A stretch of 64,000 nt of DNA from Corallochytrium limacisporum Hawaii (GCA_002811645.1 PDIP01000003.1:558001-622000), one strand, 5' to 3'; numbered from the stretch's first letter, positions 23,201 to 33,438 are shown. The notes: a model not told the origin generated them from the sequence alone. Program-made: numbers and translations.

Positions 23201-24105
23201 TGCAGCTCCGGAACAGCCCCAGCCAAGCGGCCTCGGAGGCTCTTGATCTGCCTTTCGACTGCCTCCCCGAACTCGAGGCCACCATTTCTGAGGACGTTTA
23301 CACCGACCCGGACCATTTCATCGCCGATATGGACCAATTTGTGGCCGCCTTCAAGAACGAAACTATTGACTTAACTGTACGGAACCGGGCGCAGGATATG
23401 GCTGACATTGCCCTTGCGCTTTGCGGACAGATGGCTGATACCTTCAAGACTGAATTAGAACACGTCAAAGAAATCCGCCGTTTGGACGACGAGGCGCGAG
23501 GCATTGTGCCGCAGAAGCGCTACCAGAGCCGTCGCTTAATGGGACAGAAGCCTGAGTTTAAGGTCATGGACCAGGGCACGAATATAACAGGAGCAGATGC
23601 GGAACCGAAGAAGGTCGATGATCAGTCGCCATCATCCAAGAAGGCTAGCGATGCAACAATCAATACCACTCCCCCTCGCAATACAAATGCAATGGCCACA
23701 ACTGAACAGCAGTCGGTGCCATCCGCGTCCGTGGCCGTGGATTCCAACTGTGACTCTGCTGAAACAGAGGTAAAGAGAGTGACCATTGCGGAAGTGGAGC
23801 CCACAGCTGAGCCTTACACAGCGGCAACGCCGCAGCCCGCATCTTCCACTGCTGCAATCGCTGCGGCTGAACAGTCTGTTGCAGTTGAGGTCCAGGAGGA
23901 AGACTTTTCCCTTGAATACGTCAAGAATTGGTTGCTAGCCAAGATCGAACATGTCCCTGTCCACCAATTGGTGATGATGGAGACAGTCGTGCAGAGCAGT
24001 ATTGTACGGAGTGCAGATCGGAGCAGTGCGACTCCTCACCGTGAATTGGTCTTCAACCTCACCATGATGCTAGATGAAAGCCAGACAGGTGTCGGAATGG
24101 TTTGA
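20212..24105 (+). CDS. ATAD2: AAA+ ATPase with bromodomain-like region (ATAD2/YTA7)
   Basis: Acidic N-terminus, GPPGTGKT Walker A, FFLRKGADVLSKWVGESERQLRLLFEQA, IIFFDEIDGLAP Walker B, DPALRRPGRFDRE, and RELRIFLRD...KRFRLFMKP at the start of the bromodomain. Confidence 0.95.
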   Translation: MSPVALPIEDDMMDGPERRHSRRLTIKEHSKEELGGEDQDEQSVAENGMEHDSDEPGEQVRRSGRNKRLRYETLNIDRIEKKFRHAEIEEEEIAGRRGRRGRGRYASKQQYSSDEEEEEEEEEESEPETEYEEVVLEPTRPGLRPRRILVRKDPEGDEDHDDEGHENEDGEKNYNLRRRRAQVERYAPEPRQEDHFEPRSRGRGRPRTRRESDRSVHVPRRGRPGASSRYYNERRGRSRDDRRSRRRDHDSDASDDDDVWFEKKQARSILKRLKEFAPVNFNKLLQDDHGGHRLDLVKERMNNPSNAQPMDIDKNVTFKDIGGLDNVIQALKETAILPLLYDDFFQAFNVKPPRGLLLAGPPGTGKTLAARALANECNINGKSVAFFLRKGADVLSKWVGESERQLRLLFEQAYAMRPSIIFFDEIDGLAPARSGRTDQMHNSVVSTLLALMDGMDDRGQVIIIGATNRVESLDPALRRPGRFDREIKFQLPSLRQREAIIRIHTKTWNPPLSDSLVRAMALRTHQYSGADIKALVSDIALRALRRSFPQIYDSTKRLKINLRTVRPTLEDFTLALHSYTPNYHRVHTNVPKLPSPRMRCLFSDGLKATLEYVEEIRNLHSLGNALATSAGDRPEFMGVLGEAMDSGAQAIDAQHSSYGAANRKALSVQDLDGVFDSARSAQNLRMPRIIYLVNEYASSSHCADVTGMNTVLAPIIMNEFTDHRIVTIDAHTLYADPHITTAEEAIVSVFRGVTDDCVVFLPSLEQMWSILSETAQVLFEEGLRALSKLKNSVVVVTFTSHEHAGSTLTSSRFYHGYLRPAHRMIVESPNREKRVEYALELLEIVQDLPSRIEEEKERAKARESIILEEEITKAQLLLNKEDRETFAKREEQVRRELRIFLRDIVHQLMNKKRFRLFMKPLVMSQILAKTPNPTTAVPTTTAMDDVGATGGSALERTSSMVDNNDSKSPTAGNTTLGQRESPLGQQNSRPQSAGSGLQLRNSPSQAASEALDLPFDCLPELEATISEDVYTDPDHFIADMDQFVAAFKNETIDLTVRNRAQDMADIALALCGQMADTFKTELEHVKEIRRLDDEARGIVPQKRYQSRRLMGQKPEFKVMDQGTNITGADAEPKKVDDQSPSSKKASDATINTTPPRNTNAMATTEQQSVPSASVAVDSNCDSAETEVKRVTIAEVEPTAEPYTAATPQPASSTAAIAAAEQSVAVEVQEEDFSLEYVKNWLLAKIEHVPVHQLVMMETVVQSSIVRSADRSSATPHRELVFNLTMMLDESQTGVGMV

Positions 24106-24208
24106 GGATGCACTTTTTAATTCTTTAATTTGTTTGTTTCTAATAGACATGCGAGAAAGTAACCATGAATAGAGAGAATTTGAAGATACATATATCGCTT
24201 TGGTGGCG

Positions 24209-24646
24209 TTAGATCTTGACCGTTTTTTCCTTTCGAATGTTCACCAGTTCTTGCTTGATGTGTTCAGGAATATTCAGAATTGCCCTGTATTCATCTGCAT
24301 GGTGGTACTGAATACCTGATTTGGGTTCTGTGTATTTCGCTGGTAATCCACATAGATCACAGTACTTGCGAATTGGGCGCACTGATGGTGGAGCCGCGAT
24401 AGTAAGGTACGTGACCGAGTTTCCCAGTGTCGGATGCTCTTGCAGTGCGCTGATCATGTGTTTGAGATATTTCGGCCTTTTCCGTCCTTTAACCCCGATA
24501 TTTCCGGTCCGATCTATGCGCTTAAACTTCACTTGAAAGTAGTGAAATACAATTGAGTTCTCCGGATCCTCAGAAAGGGCCTTTGCTTGCTTGGTCTCCG
24601 CAGCTGGCCGCCGGCCACCTTTCTTTTTGGGTCTTCCCGGTGGCAT
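24209..24646 (-). CDS. IES6: INO80 complex subunit C (IES6, YL1-C domain)
   Basis: TYLTIAAPPSVRPIRKYCDLCGLPAKYTEPKSGIQYH (YL1-C). First ATG is 24646 (24658 is TTG). Confidence 0.88.
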   Translation of the reverse strand: MPPGRPKKKGGRRPAAETKQAKALSEDPENSIVFHYFQVKFKRIDRTGNIGVKGRKRPKYLKHMISALQEHPTLGNSVTYLTIAAPPSVRPIRKYCDLCGLPAKYTEPKSGIQYHHADEYRAILNIPEHIKQELVNIRKEKTVKI

Positions 24647-25265
24647 TGTGTCATTCAAATGGTTTCATAGGCGCTCACAAATTTTATCACTGTCTCGTCA
24701 TGGTGTTCATTTGGTTCCGAATACCTGTAGGAAGGGGTATTGCTGCAGGGTCGCAGCTGTATGTGCGAAGTGCTGCTCTCTGTTGACGTTTCCTCCCCGG
24801 GCTTGATCCCCACCGGCCAAGACACCGTCTGTGAAATATTGATCAAGTGAACAAGTCGCACTGTGCATCCCGGAGGTCGCACTGCCAAAATTCCGACAAA
24901 AAGCGCAATGAGAATGGTAAATGTGGAAGAAAGGGGAGGTGCGTGAAATCACCACTTTAATTCTCAAGTGATTCAGTATTGAAGCGGTGTGCCACTTCAC
25001 CTGCGGCCTACGGGTCGACAACCGCCGCGTTCGGACGGGCGGGTCCATCACCGCCAGTAACCGGGAACCCAAATTAGGTGGAGTCCGAATAAGACTCAGT
25101 TTGCCAGCGAAACCTGAAGCCAAGAATTCCAATCGGAAGTAATCAACGCTGAAGAAACGAACCATGACCCACTCTACTACTTCATGGCCAAATGGTTCGC
25201 CCATGTTACAGGATTCGGACCCAGTTCCTTGCAGACTTCCTTGCCTCCGAAAGCGATGACTGCAA

Positions 25266-26201
25266 ATGATGTGCCGCCTCTCTTTGACCAAGGCGCAATA
25301 CGAAGGCCGATTCGAGACGATCAGGCGCTTAGGTCGTGGTGCCTTTGGCCAGGCTTTCCTTGTGCACGATCATCACCATATTGCAGACAATAAGGATTCG
25401 AGAGATGCTGGGATGAACAATATTCCGGATCCGCCCTCTTGTCAGAAAGAGTTTGTGATGAAAGTTATCAGACGGGAGATCAGCAGCGATTCAGTCGGCA
25501 GCTCCACTTCAAATACCTATCAAGAGGCGGGACTATTGAAGCAGTTGAACCATGAGCACATCATTCGGTACGTGGACTGCTTCATTTACAACGCAGAAAT
25601 CCATCTGATCACCGAGTATTGTAATGGAGGGGATCTTGACAACATGATCAAAACCCAGGGTGGGCTGGATCCAGACCTGTGCATTAAGTGGTTCCCTCAG
25701 ATCGCGTCGGCCGTGGGCTACCTCCATGATCAGAAGATCCTACATCGCGATCTAAAGGCGTCAAACATCTTCCTGCACTATGCGACCGGCCCTTCCGACC
25801 AACTGCAGCGCCCTACCCTGAAGGTCGGCGATTTTGGCCTCAGTCGGATTCTTGGCGACTCGGTCACAGCGGCTACGACCATGGCCGGTACACCGCAGTA
25901 CATGGCGCCTGAGGTCTTCGTACAGGAACCCTATCGCGAGGAATGTGATGTCTGGAGCCTTGGCTGTCTTCTTTTTGAGATGCTGGAAGGTCGGCGAGCC
26001 TTTACGGGCGACAACATCATGCAAGTGATGCTGAAGATAGTGGGGGAGGATTTTGAGAACATTGACGAAGATCCGGCTCCTGCTGCTGTGTTCTTTGAGA
26101 AGACACCCTCGTCCCTTCAACAAGTTGTAAATCTCTGCTTAGATCGTAATCGCAAGACGCGGGCGAAATTACGTGCACTATTGGAAAACTTCAAACAATA
26201 A
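25266..26201 (+). CDS. NIMA-related (NEK) serine/threonine kinase, catalytic domain only
   Basis: LGRGAFG, VMKVI, EAGLLKQLNHEHIIRY, ITEYCNGGDL, LHRDLKASNIFL, KVGDFGLSR, GTPQYMAPE, DVWSLGC. Confidence 0.88.
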   Translation: MMCRLSLTKAQYEGRFETIRRLGRGAFGQAFLVHDHHHIADNKDSRDAGMNNIPDPPSCQKEFVMKVIRREISSDSVGSSTSNTYQEAGLLKQLNHEHIIRYVDCFIYNAEIHLITEYCNGGDLDNMIKTQGGLDPDLCIKWFPQIASAVGYLHDQKILHRDLKASNIFLHYATGPSDQLQRPTLKVGDFGLSRILGDSVTAATTMAGTPQYMAPEVFVQEPYREECDVWSLGCLLFEMLEGRRAFTGDNIMQVMLKIVGEDFENIDEDPAPAAVFFEKTPSSLQQVVNLCLDRNRKTRAKLRALLENFKQ

Positions 26202-26233
26202 ACATCACATCTGAAAATGTGTATTCTTCTTCT

Positions 26234-28489
26234 TTAACGTTTCGCTCGGACCTTCTTGCCTTCCCGGCGATCTGATTCGATGTAGCTCTTGAGCTGCCGA
26301 GTCTTCGCCTTGCGACCATCATCGTTGGCAAGTTGCTCTTTCAGCCGCTGTTGACTCAGGAATTTCGCGTCTCTACGAAGCTCACGTTGCACACCACGCA
26401 TTTCTTTGCGCATTTGCCGATGGAGCTTGATCTCTTCGTTCTTGAAGCGGTCCTTCTCCTTGCGCACTCCGACGCTTACGTCATGTTCGATCAGCGGAGT
26501 GAGCTGGTGCAAGGCCTTGACCTTGCGGCGGAACTTCATGGGTACGCGTGTCGGAGGTTTGCTGGCAGTCAGAGTCCTCGCTCGCTCTTCGTCCGTTTTC
26601 GACAATTCGAGTCTCGCAGTATTTTCATTGAGTGCTCTCTTGAATGGTACAGCAACCTCGTATGCACAAGAACCGACGGACTGGAGAGAAGAGACATACG
26701 ATGAGGTACAGCGCAGAGTCTGGGACAGGACATCCCGCACAGTGATGGTGGACTTACCATGCATGACTTCACGGAGGCCGAAGGTGGCATGTTTCCCGGG
26801 CCTTTTCACCGAATTCTCCTCACTCTCTTCGATGGCTGCAACAAGGGTGTGATACAGGTATTGCAGCACATCGGGGACAATTTTACCGCTCTCCCGGCAG
26901 CATGCAATCACACCATCGCACATGAATAGGGCACTGAAAGTGATCTTGGGAACAATCCTTTGCTGCTTAGCTTGCAGACTGTGCAGTAGCAGACAGGCGC
27001 AGTTGATCACAATTTCGAGAATGGGATGGTATTTATCAGTTGTGGAGAACAGAATTTGGAACAGGTGGAGATAGGCGCCAAACTTCACAAAGACCTTGGC
27101 CAAGCCGTCCACAAAACCATCATCGGAGGTCTGGAAGATGGTGAAGAGTCCCTGGAGGTCATAGATAACATGAGTCACAGCAGCATGACGAGTGCTAGGC
27201 TTCACGACCTGTGCCAGGACGCGCATGTTCACTGGAACGGCGCTTGGTATTGATTCGTCCTCTACTGCGAGACAATAATCTCCAAACGTGAGCATGGCAT
27301 TGATGAAAGCCTCAGCCTTTTGCCGTCTGCTCCGGTACTTTGTGTCAATGCTGTTGTCTGCACCCTTCTCCGCTGAAAGTCCAGCTAGAGTGCTAAAAAG
27401 CTCCATATCCAGCTCCGCCTGATCGGGTATGTCAATCTCCACCAAATCATCTTCGTCTTCGAGCTCGTCTACCACTTCTTCATTCCGTATTTCATCTGAC
27501 TTCAGGTGCAACACACCGTCATCGTCATACCAGATTTCATCCTGTTGTTTCACACTTTCAGCAGCGACCATGTCAACATCGTCGAGATCGTCCCCTCCCT
27601 GGTATGCGGTAGTTGCACCTCCCACTCTCTTGCGTGTTCTTTGGAGATGATTCTCTTCATGCTCTGGAGATCGGTCTGCTGCTGTGGCCCTAGCCAAGCG
27701 AGCGTCCTCCAATTCCTTTAGATGTTCTAGTTTCTCCTTTTCGATCTCTTCTGTAGATTTGGTGCGATCCGTGGGCCGGCCACGGGGCTCAAAACGAAGG
27801 GACCGCACGTCCATGTCATACTCGTCATTGTTGGCACCCACATCTTCAATTTTTTTCTTCACTTCGTCTGCTTCATTGACTCTGAATTGTAGCAGGTTCC
27901 GAATGGCATCGAAATCCTTGTCAATCTCTCCGGCCTTTTCTTCCGTCCGTTCTCTCTCTAGTTTCTTCTCGAGCCTAGCTTGTTGGATCGCATCCAGCGT
28001 ACTCTGAACATCTGAATCGCCGGTGAGTACCTGGTCCATAAGTGCTGCCTCACGGGCACCGTCATCATCGTCATGATCATCCTGGAACATGGCAGCATCC
28101 GCACTAAAGTCAATCTGGCTGAGATCCTTACCACCGTGAGTGAGCGTTGACTCTGTACCCTCGCCTTCTTCTACCGCTAGTCCTCTGCCTGAATTCTTTG
28201 CATTCTGAGCCCGCAGAAACTTCTCGTTGGCGTACGCTTCCGGATCCAATGTCTCGCCATCACGGGCACCCAAACGTTTGTCCACAAAGCCACCGTGCTT
28301 AGCTTTGTTGCGCTCTCTATATTCGGGCAAGAGAGTGTCCTTGCGCCGTTTAATGGCGTTTGCACGTGCGGCAGCGATGCTCCCAACATTTCCCCGAACT
28401 TTCCGGTTCAATACCTCATGTTTTGCTCGCGACTTCTTTATGTCGAAGAGACCCTTCGGTAGCGGCTTTCTCTGTTTTGACTGCGCCAT
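26234..28489 (-). CDS. NOP14: nucleolar protein 14 (SSU processome)
   Basis: FDIKKSRAKHEVL, RRKDTLLPEY...GGFVDKRLG, LTHGG, DEYD..VR.L.FEPRGRPTDRTKS, C-terminal KEMRGVQRELRRDAKFL. Confidence 0.93.
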   Translation of the reverse strand: MAQSKQRKPLPKGLFDIKKSRAKHEVLNRKVRGNVGSIAAARANAIKRRKDTLLPEYRERNKAKHGGFVDKRLGARDGETLDPEAYANEKFLRAQNAKNSGRGLAVEEGEGTESTLTHGGKDLSQIDFSADAAMFQDDHDDDDGAREAALMDQVLTGDSDVQSTLDAIQQARLEKKLERERTEEKAGEIDKDFDAIRNLLQFRVNEADEVKKKIEDVGANNDEYDMDVRSLRFEPRGRPTDRTKSTEEIEKEKLEHLKELEDARLARATAADRSPEHEENHLQRTRKRVGGATTAYQGGDDLDDVDMVAAESVKQQDEIWYDDDGVLHLKSDEIRNEEVVDELEDEDDLVEIDIPDQAELDMELFSTLAGLSAEKGADNSIDTKYRSRRQKAEAFINAMLTFGDYCLAVEDESIPSAVPVNMRVLAQVVKPSTRHAAVTHVIYDLQGLFTIFQTSDDGFVDGLAKVFVKFGAYLHLFQILFSTTDKYHPILEIVINCACLLLHSLQAKQQRIVPKITFSALFMCDGVIACCRESGKIVPDVLQYLYHTLVAAIEESEENSVKRPGKHATFGLREVMHGKSTITVRDVLSQTLRCTSSYVSSLQSVGSCAYEVAVPFKRALNENTARLELSKTDEERARTLTASKPPTRVPMKFRRKVKALHQLTPLIEHDVSVGVRKEKDRFKNEEIKLHRQMRKEMRGVQRELRRDAKFLSQQRLKEQLANDDGRKAKTRQLKSYIESDRREGKKVRAKR

Positions 28490-29219
28490 GGTTACAGTGT
28501 ATAACTATCGATTACCGGCTCGATCTGTTCACATGTTCAGATTCGCCGAGCTTTCAATGGACTATCAAGCAAAAATGGGTTACCTTCTATAGACCGAAGT
28601 GCTCTAGACAACACCAAGTGCACTATCCCTCTTATAACCTAACTGAAGAAGTGTCTTCCATGCGCCCACAAGCCGAAGCTTTCCGGCACGAACCCACCAC
28701 GCGACCCGCAACTTTCTTTGCACGCACTCATGACCCCCACCCAACCCCACACACTTTGGCCACCTCGTGACGACGGAGGTATGTCAATGTGTACCATCAC
28801 CCTTTGGTTACACCCGGGCCACGGCATATTATTGATCATAAAATATTGATAATGTATCAGAGGGACGGAGAAAACGAACTTCAGAGGGAAAACTGAAAGG
28901 GGAGAGAGGGTAAGGAACGGGAAGAGATGTTGTACGGAGCAATACGTCCAATAGGCCAAGACCTTGGAGATATAAATAGACCAGGTGACTGGGTGCGTAG
29001 AGGGATAAAAGTGGCCACCCCCGGCATGTGTGTTATGAAACGCGGCCCGCTAATCATCGGAGAAGTGGACACCGTGCGCAGGCGTTAAGACTCAACATAC
29101 CACAGCAACGTTGAAGAGGGTGTTTGATGGTTAAAACAAGCGCATTAACCAGTCCCACGGCGGCTTTATAGACTGGCTACATGCTTATTTGACGAAACAA
29201 GGCAAGCAACAAGAGAACA

Positions 29220-30402
29220 ATGGCTCAAACAGCAGCGAAGGGACTGCGCACTGCGGCCACAATGATCCTGGTGGCTCCGGGTGCCACTGCTGCCGGTACA
29301 TACCGTGTGCTCATGCAGCAACGCGGTGCCGGTGCAAAATTCATGCCAGGTGCTCTAGTCTACCCTGGAGGAGTAGCCGAAGAGGCAGACGCTAAGACAA
29401 CCTGGCTGTCTTTCGTCCATGGCAAGGATGCCCAGGAGGAGAATGGAGTCCTGAACAAAATGGCTGCCATGAAGATAGCTGCAGTCCGTGAGACATTTGA
29501 AGAGTCTGGCTACCTCTTGGCTCAGCCTCTTCAAAATGTAAAGGCGATCAAGGCCGAGACTATGAAGCAATGGCGTGATTTGGTACACAACGACGCCAGC
29601 AAGTTCGTCGATCTCTTCCAGAAATACAAACTCAAACTGGATCTCGACAAGATCTATTATTGGAGCAATTGGATCACGCCAGTTGTAGAAAAGCGTCGTT
29701 TCGACACTCATTTCTTCCTGGCTGTCCTGCCAGGTAAGTATACTTCACGGAGTACAGGTCTGGTGGCAAATGAGCGGTTCCGCAAACTGATGATCGTTTT
29801 GTTATTGCCTTCTGAGTCAATTCTGAAGAGCATCTCTTACCTACACTGAACAGGGTGCTTTGTGACCTTTCCTTCTATCCCATTCACATACTATGGAATT
29901 TTTGAGTACTAACTAATTTTATGTTTTGTTTCCTATCTTTCAATTTACTGTTACAGAACTTCCGAGAGGCTCCCGCATCACAGAAGACAAGACAGAAATG
30001 GTAAGCAGCAGATGGCTGACCACTGACGAGATCATTGATGGCTACTACAACGGTGACATTAAGTTTTTGGCTCCTCCTCAGTTGCACACCATCGGAGAGC
30101 TCAGGCGGGACTTCAAGTCCATTAAGGACATCGAAGCTGCGGGACCGACCCGTCACGTCCCTCCGTACCTCCCATGGGTACCCGTCACGGAGGAAGAATT
30201 TGAGAAGGTTGCAGAAAAGGATTTCAAGGGTACCATCCTCCCGGGTGACGAGGAATACCCTCTAGGGCCACAGGTTGCGCTGCCTGGGGCACGCCACCGG
30301 GTCCAATTCCGCTTTGCAGACATGGCCTTTCGAGCTAAGGTTGAACTGAACGATAAGGGACGAGAATCCATCAAACTCTTGGAACACCGTAGTAAACTAT
30401 GA
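29220..30402 (+). CDS. NUDT19: peroxisomal acyl-CoA diphosphatase NUDT19-like (Nudix), join(29220..29733,29957..30402), 319 aa
   Basis: RTAATMIL, FMPGALVYPGG, AAVRETFEESG, WSNWITP...RRFDTHFF. Removing intron 29734-29956 joins the two ORFs in frame (..LP/E/LPRG..), supplying LAPPQ and a C-terminal SKL PTS1. Confidence 0.9.
29734..29956 (+). other. spliceosomal intron (phase 1, 223 nt) in NUDT19
   Basis: CAG|GTAAGT donor, TACTAAC at 29907-29913, pyrimidine tract, TTACAG| acceptor; removal restores the reading frame. Confidence 0.9.
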
Positions 30403-30422
30403 AGTCACAACAACACCGGTCA

Positions 30423-32996
30423 CTACGTGGCAGCAATGGCCCCGACAAACATTGCTGCAGACAGGAAACGCACGAAGCTATAACAAAACTTTGGTGCAAA
30501 GACGCTCCAAATAAACAAATGATCTTGCATAGCTACAAAGACGGTCTGTGTGATCACAAGACTTGCGGCACTGTGGATTACTACTATGGTCAGTGCTTTC
30601 GCTCTTTGTTTAGCATGCCCAGCCAGTCGGGCATACGCTAGCAGAGGTCCAAGGTGAACTGTGATGAACAGCAGACTCCCCATCCCAACGACGTGCCAAG
30701 ATGTCTGTCCCATGTAAATGCCCGTAAAGTCGATGCTGCTAATGGAGTGCGAGTTGCCAAAGGCAAAAAAGAGGACTTCCGCCAGAATGATGTGGTAGTA
30801 AGCGAGCTCGCCGCTATCTCTATCATCTCCTGGTATTGGCTGACTCAGAATTATGCCAGTGATGCCCAAGATCACTAGATTGGCATCTCGCAGAGTAATG
30901 ATCCCTACTGTAAAGCAGGCATTCAAGACAACGTCAGGACCAGCCTGAATGTTAGTGAAGGCGAACATGGTTGACACTGCTGCGATAGTGTATGCGATCA
31001 TGGTGCCGCCTTGTGCCAGCAACGTGTCATGGCAGCCAGAAGAAACGTCAAGGCAGTGGACTCTCACACCCCAGGCCGCAAACAGACCAATGCACTGGAT
31101 GATGGTCACACCTCGGGAGGCCCTTGTGGATCGAACAAGTGCTACGCACCCTGCGGCGACAGTGCCTAGGAGTAGAATATGAACCATTGCAGGATCAAGG
31201 GCTGCTATTACCAGTTCATGGTCGCTAACTACCTCTTTGTACTTATCCCCATGCCGATTCCAAGTCATTGCTATGCGGAGAAGCACCAATAGAAAACAGT
31301 TGGCGCGAGTGTCCACATGTTTGTGGCTCCGACATAAAGACGTGAAAGTCATTGTGGCGAAGGTTAAGAACCAGATCAAATGCTCTTCTTCGATAAAGCT
31401 GCTGCTGAAAATGGTCAGGAGCTGCGCAAGCAGAAGGGTAAGCATCGGTGAAGGGACCGAAAAAGTTGATCGTCTGATAAGAGCAAGGGTTCCCAAGTAA
31501 ATCAATGCCACTTCAATGATGATCACTGCGCATGCCAATTCAGTCGGGAATACTGCCGTCATCAACACACTCTGGCCTGCAGAGTACAACAGCGGCAACG
31601 CTATTCCGACAAGAACAATGCACACAGCCGAAACATACACCAGACTTGTTTGATCTTTGTTTAAGGAGAGCACCAAGAAGCCAGCTATTCCAGTCGTCGA
31701 AGTCAGTGGGCCTAGAGCCGAAACCATGATGTGCAAGAACGCAGAGAGCGCTCTCGAAGGCTTCTGGCGTATACCTGCTTCCTTAGAGCAGATTGTAAAC
31801 TTCTCCAGGCTATCATGGATTCCGTGACTGTTTCGTAGACATTCGTTGAATTTCTCGCTATCTTCTTCGGATCCAGCCATGTACTTCCTTATGTACGCGT
31901 TGCCGAGGTCGTCAAGAAACGTTTGGTAGACTCTAGTGCTATCAGCACACATCAACGGACTATGGAGTGGTACACCACTCATGGCCGGGTACGGTGCAAT
32001 GCCAAAGGCTGTAAGAATCGTTGGGGCGAAGTCGAGTTGGGTCACTTTCGGGAAATCCAAACTGTGAGAAACTTGTGTCGCAACCTTGCAATTAGAATGA
32101 TGACTCCCTGAAAATGAGGGACTAATGAAGAACAAACCAGTTGAAATCTCATCTTCCGATGCACCGCCATGACTTCCTGCTTCCGTCATTCCATGATCAC
32201 CAAGTACCGTCAGTAGCCCACGTGATCCCCTTTCATGCCGCCTTTTCATCTCCGCAAAAATATCATCAATAATTTGAGCCATTTCCCGGAGCTTTTCTGC
32301 CAGTACCATAGACTTTGGTCCAATAAGATGACCAATGTGGTCGAGTCCAAGGTAATGAAGGATTAGAAGCTTCCATGTCAAGGGTTCCCCCTTCCACACT
32401 GAAGGCTGCTCATCACTCCCGTCGTACAGATGTCGGGTAACATTGTTGTCAACTTCTGTGTAATCCGTGACCAAAAAGCTGTGGACCCCTTCACTGATGA
32501 CGAAACGACCTGGGAAGAGCTTCTCCCAGGTATCGTCGCCATAAAACTCGATCCGTTGTTTACGTGTGTAGAAGGCGTCAACCACATTGTCCGAGGTATG
32601 GATCTCGCTGGCGCCAAAGTTGAACAGCACGTCAAGGAAAGAAGATTCCCTTCCAGTGACAACAGCCTTGATGCGAGGTAAGGTCACCGTTGGTGTGGTG
32701 GCGTAGGCAGTGTACGGGAGTGTGTGGCTCAGGATATCATGCTTTGACTCGGTCCGGAGATAATCTAACAAAAAATCTGCCCGCAGAGCATCAAGTACTA
32801 TAATGATCCCAAAGTCAAAGAGTGCATCCTGCGCATCTAGACTTTGAGGCCAGTGCTCCTCATCGCTCGGTCTAGCAGACCAGTCACTGCCCTGGCCCAT
32901 AAAATAGAATGCCGTCCCGAGTGCTCCTATGAGTACCAAGAGGGTGCTGAGCCAGAAGAGGTGCTGTCGCTCCAACCTATGCCCTGTCACAGACAT
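30423..32996 (-). CDS. PIGG: GPI ethanolamine phosphate transferase 2 (PIGG/GPI7)
   Basis: LDALRADF, PTVTLPRIKA..TG, FYGDDTW, DYTEVDNNVTRHL, LILHYLGLDHIGH, GDHGMT..GSHGG, SSFIEEEH, HLFIWSVFAPK; multi-TM C-terminus. Confidence 0.93.
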   Translation of the reverse strand: MSVTGHRLERQHLFWLSTLLVLIGALGTAFYFMGQGSDWSARPSDEEHWPQSLDAQDALFDFGIIIVLDALRADFLLDYLRTESKHDILSHTLPYTAYATTPTVTLPRIKAVVTGRESSFLDVLFNFGASEIHTSDNVVDAFYTRKQRIEFYGDDTWEKLFPGRFVISEGVHSFLVTDYTEVDNNVTRHLYDGSDEQPSVWKGEPLTWKLLILHYLGLDHIGHLIGPKSMVLAEKLREMAQIIDDIFAEMKRRHERGSRGLLTVLGDHGMTEAGSHGGASEDEISTGLFFISPSFSGSHHSNCKVATQVSHSLDFPKVTQLDFAPTILTAFGIAPYPAMSGVPLHSPLMCADSTRVYQTFLDDLGNAYIRKYMAGSEEDSEKFNECLRNSHGIHDSLEKFTICSKEAGIRQKPSRALSAFLHIMVSALGPLTSTTGIAGFLVLSLNKDQTSLVYVSAVCIVLVGIALPLLYSAGQSVLMTAVFPTELACAVIIIEVALIYLGTLALIRRSTFSVPSPMLTLLLAQLLTIFSSSFIEEEHLIWFLTFATMTFTSLCRSHKHVDTRANCFLLVLLRIAMTWNRHGDKYKEVVSDHELVIAALDPAMVHILLLGTVAAGCVALVRSTRASRGVTIIQCIGLFAAWGVRVHCLDVSSGCHDTLLAQGGTMIAYTIAAVSTMFAFTNIQAGPDVVLNACFTVGIITLRDANLVILGITGIILSQPIPGDDRDSGELAYYHIILAEVLFFAFGNSHSISSIDFTGIYMGQTSWHVVGMGSLLFITVHLGPLLAYARLAGHAKQRAKALTIVVIHSAASLVITQTVFVAMQDHLFIWSVFAPKFCYSFVRFLSAAMFVGAIAAT

Positions 32997-33438
32997 GGTG
33001 GCTCGCGACAGAATATACTTTACAGATCTAGGCGCAGACTAGACTTATCCTGATCTCAAGAGAACGCAAACGTTCTGTTTTGAAATACCCAGCTGCCTGC
33101 ACTGCACTCAGGTCACCATTTAAGCAAAGGAGGAGCCCCGGCTTCCCCCTCCCCTCCAATTACCAGCAACGGCAGATCGTACCCCACACCCTTCTGTACG
33201 TGCCGAGTACGACCCAAACCGACATCCCCGAATTCGTCGACAGGCCACCCACGGTGTTGGGAAATGTTACGCACTTGGTCGCAAGTTGATTAAGACCTCA
33301 ATTCGCATGAAGACAGGATTTGATCAAGCTCTCGGAGGAAACGAGTACGTCAGGTATTTGATCATGGTTAATATGCTACATAGAAACTACTATATTTTCA
33401 ATTGATTTTGGTTCATGGTTGCGAGACCGTCCCACTTA

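Noticed and set aside
29220-30402. Two separate ORFs or a frameshifted Nudix pseudogene
   Set aside because: Explained by a canonical intron at 29734-29956.
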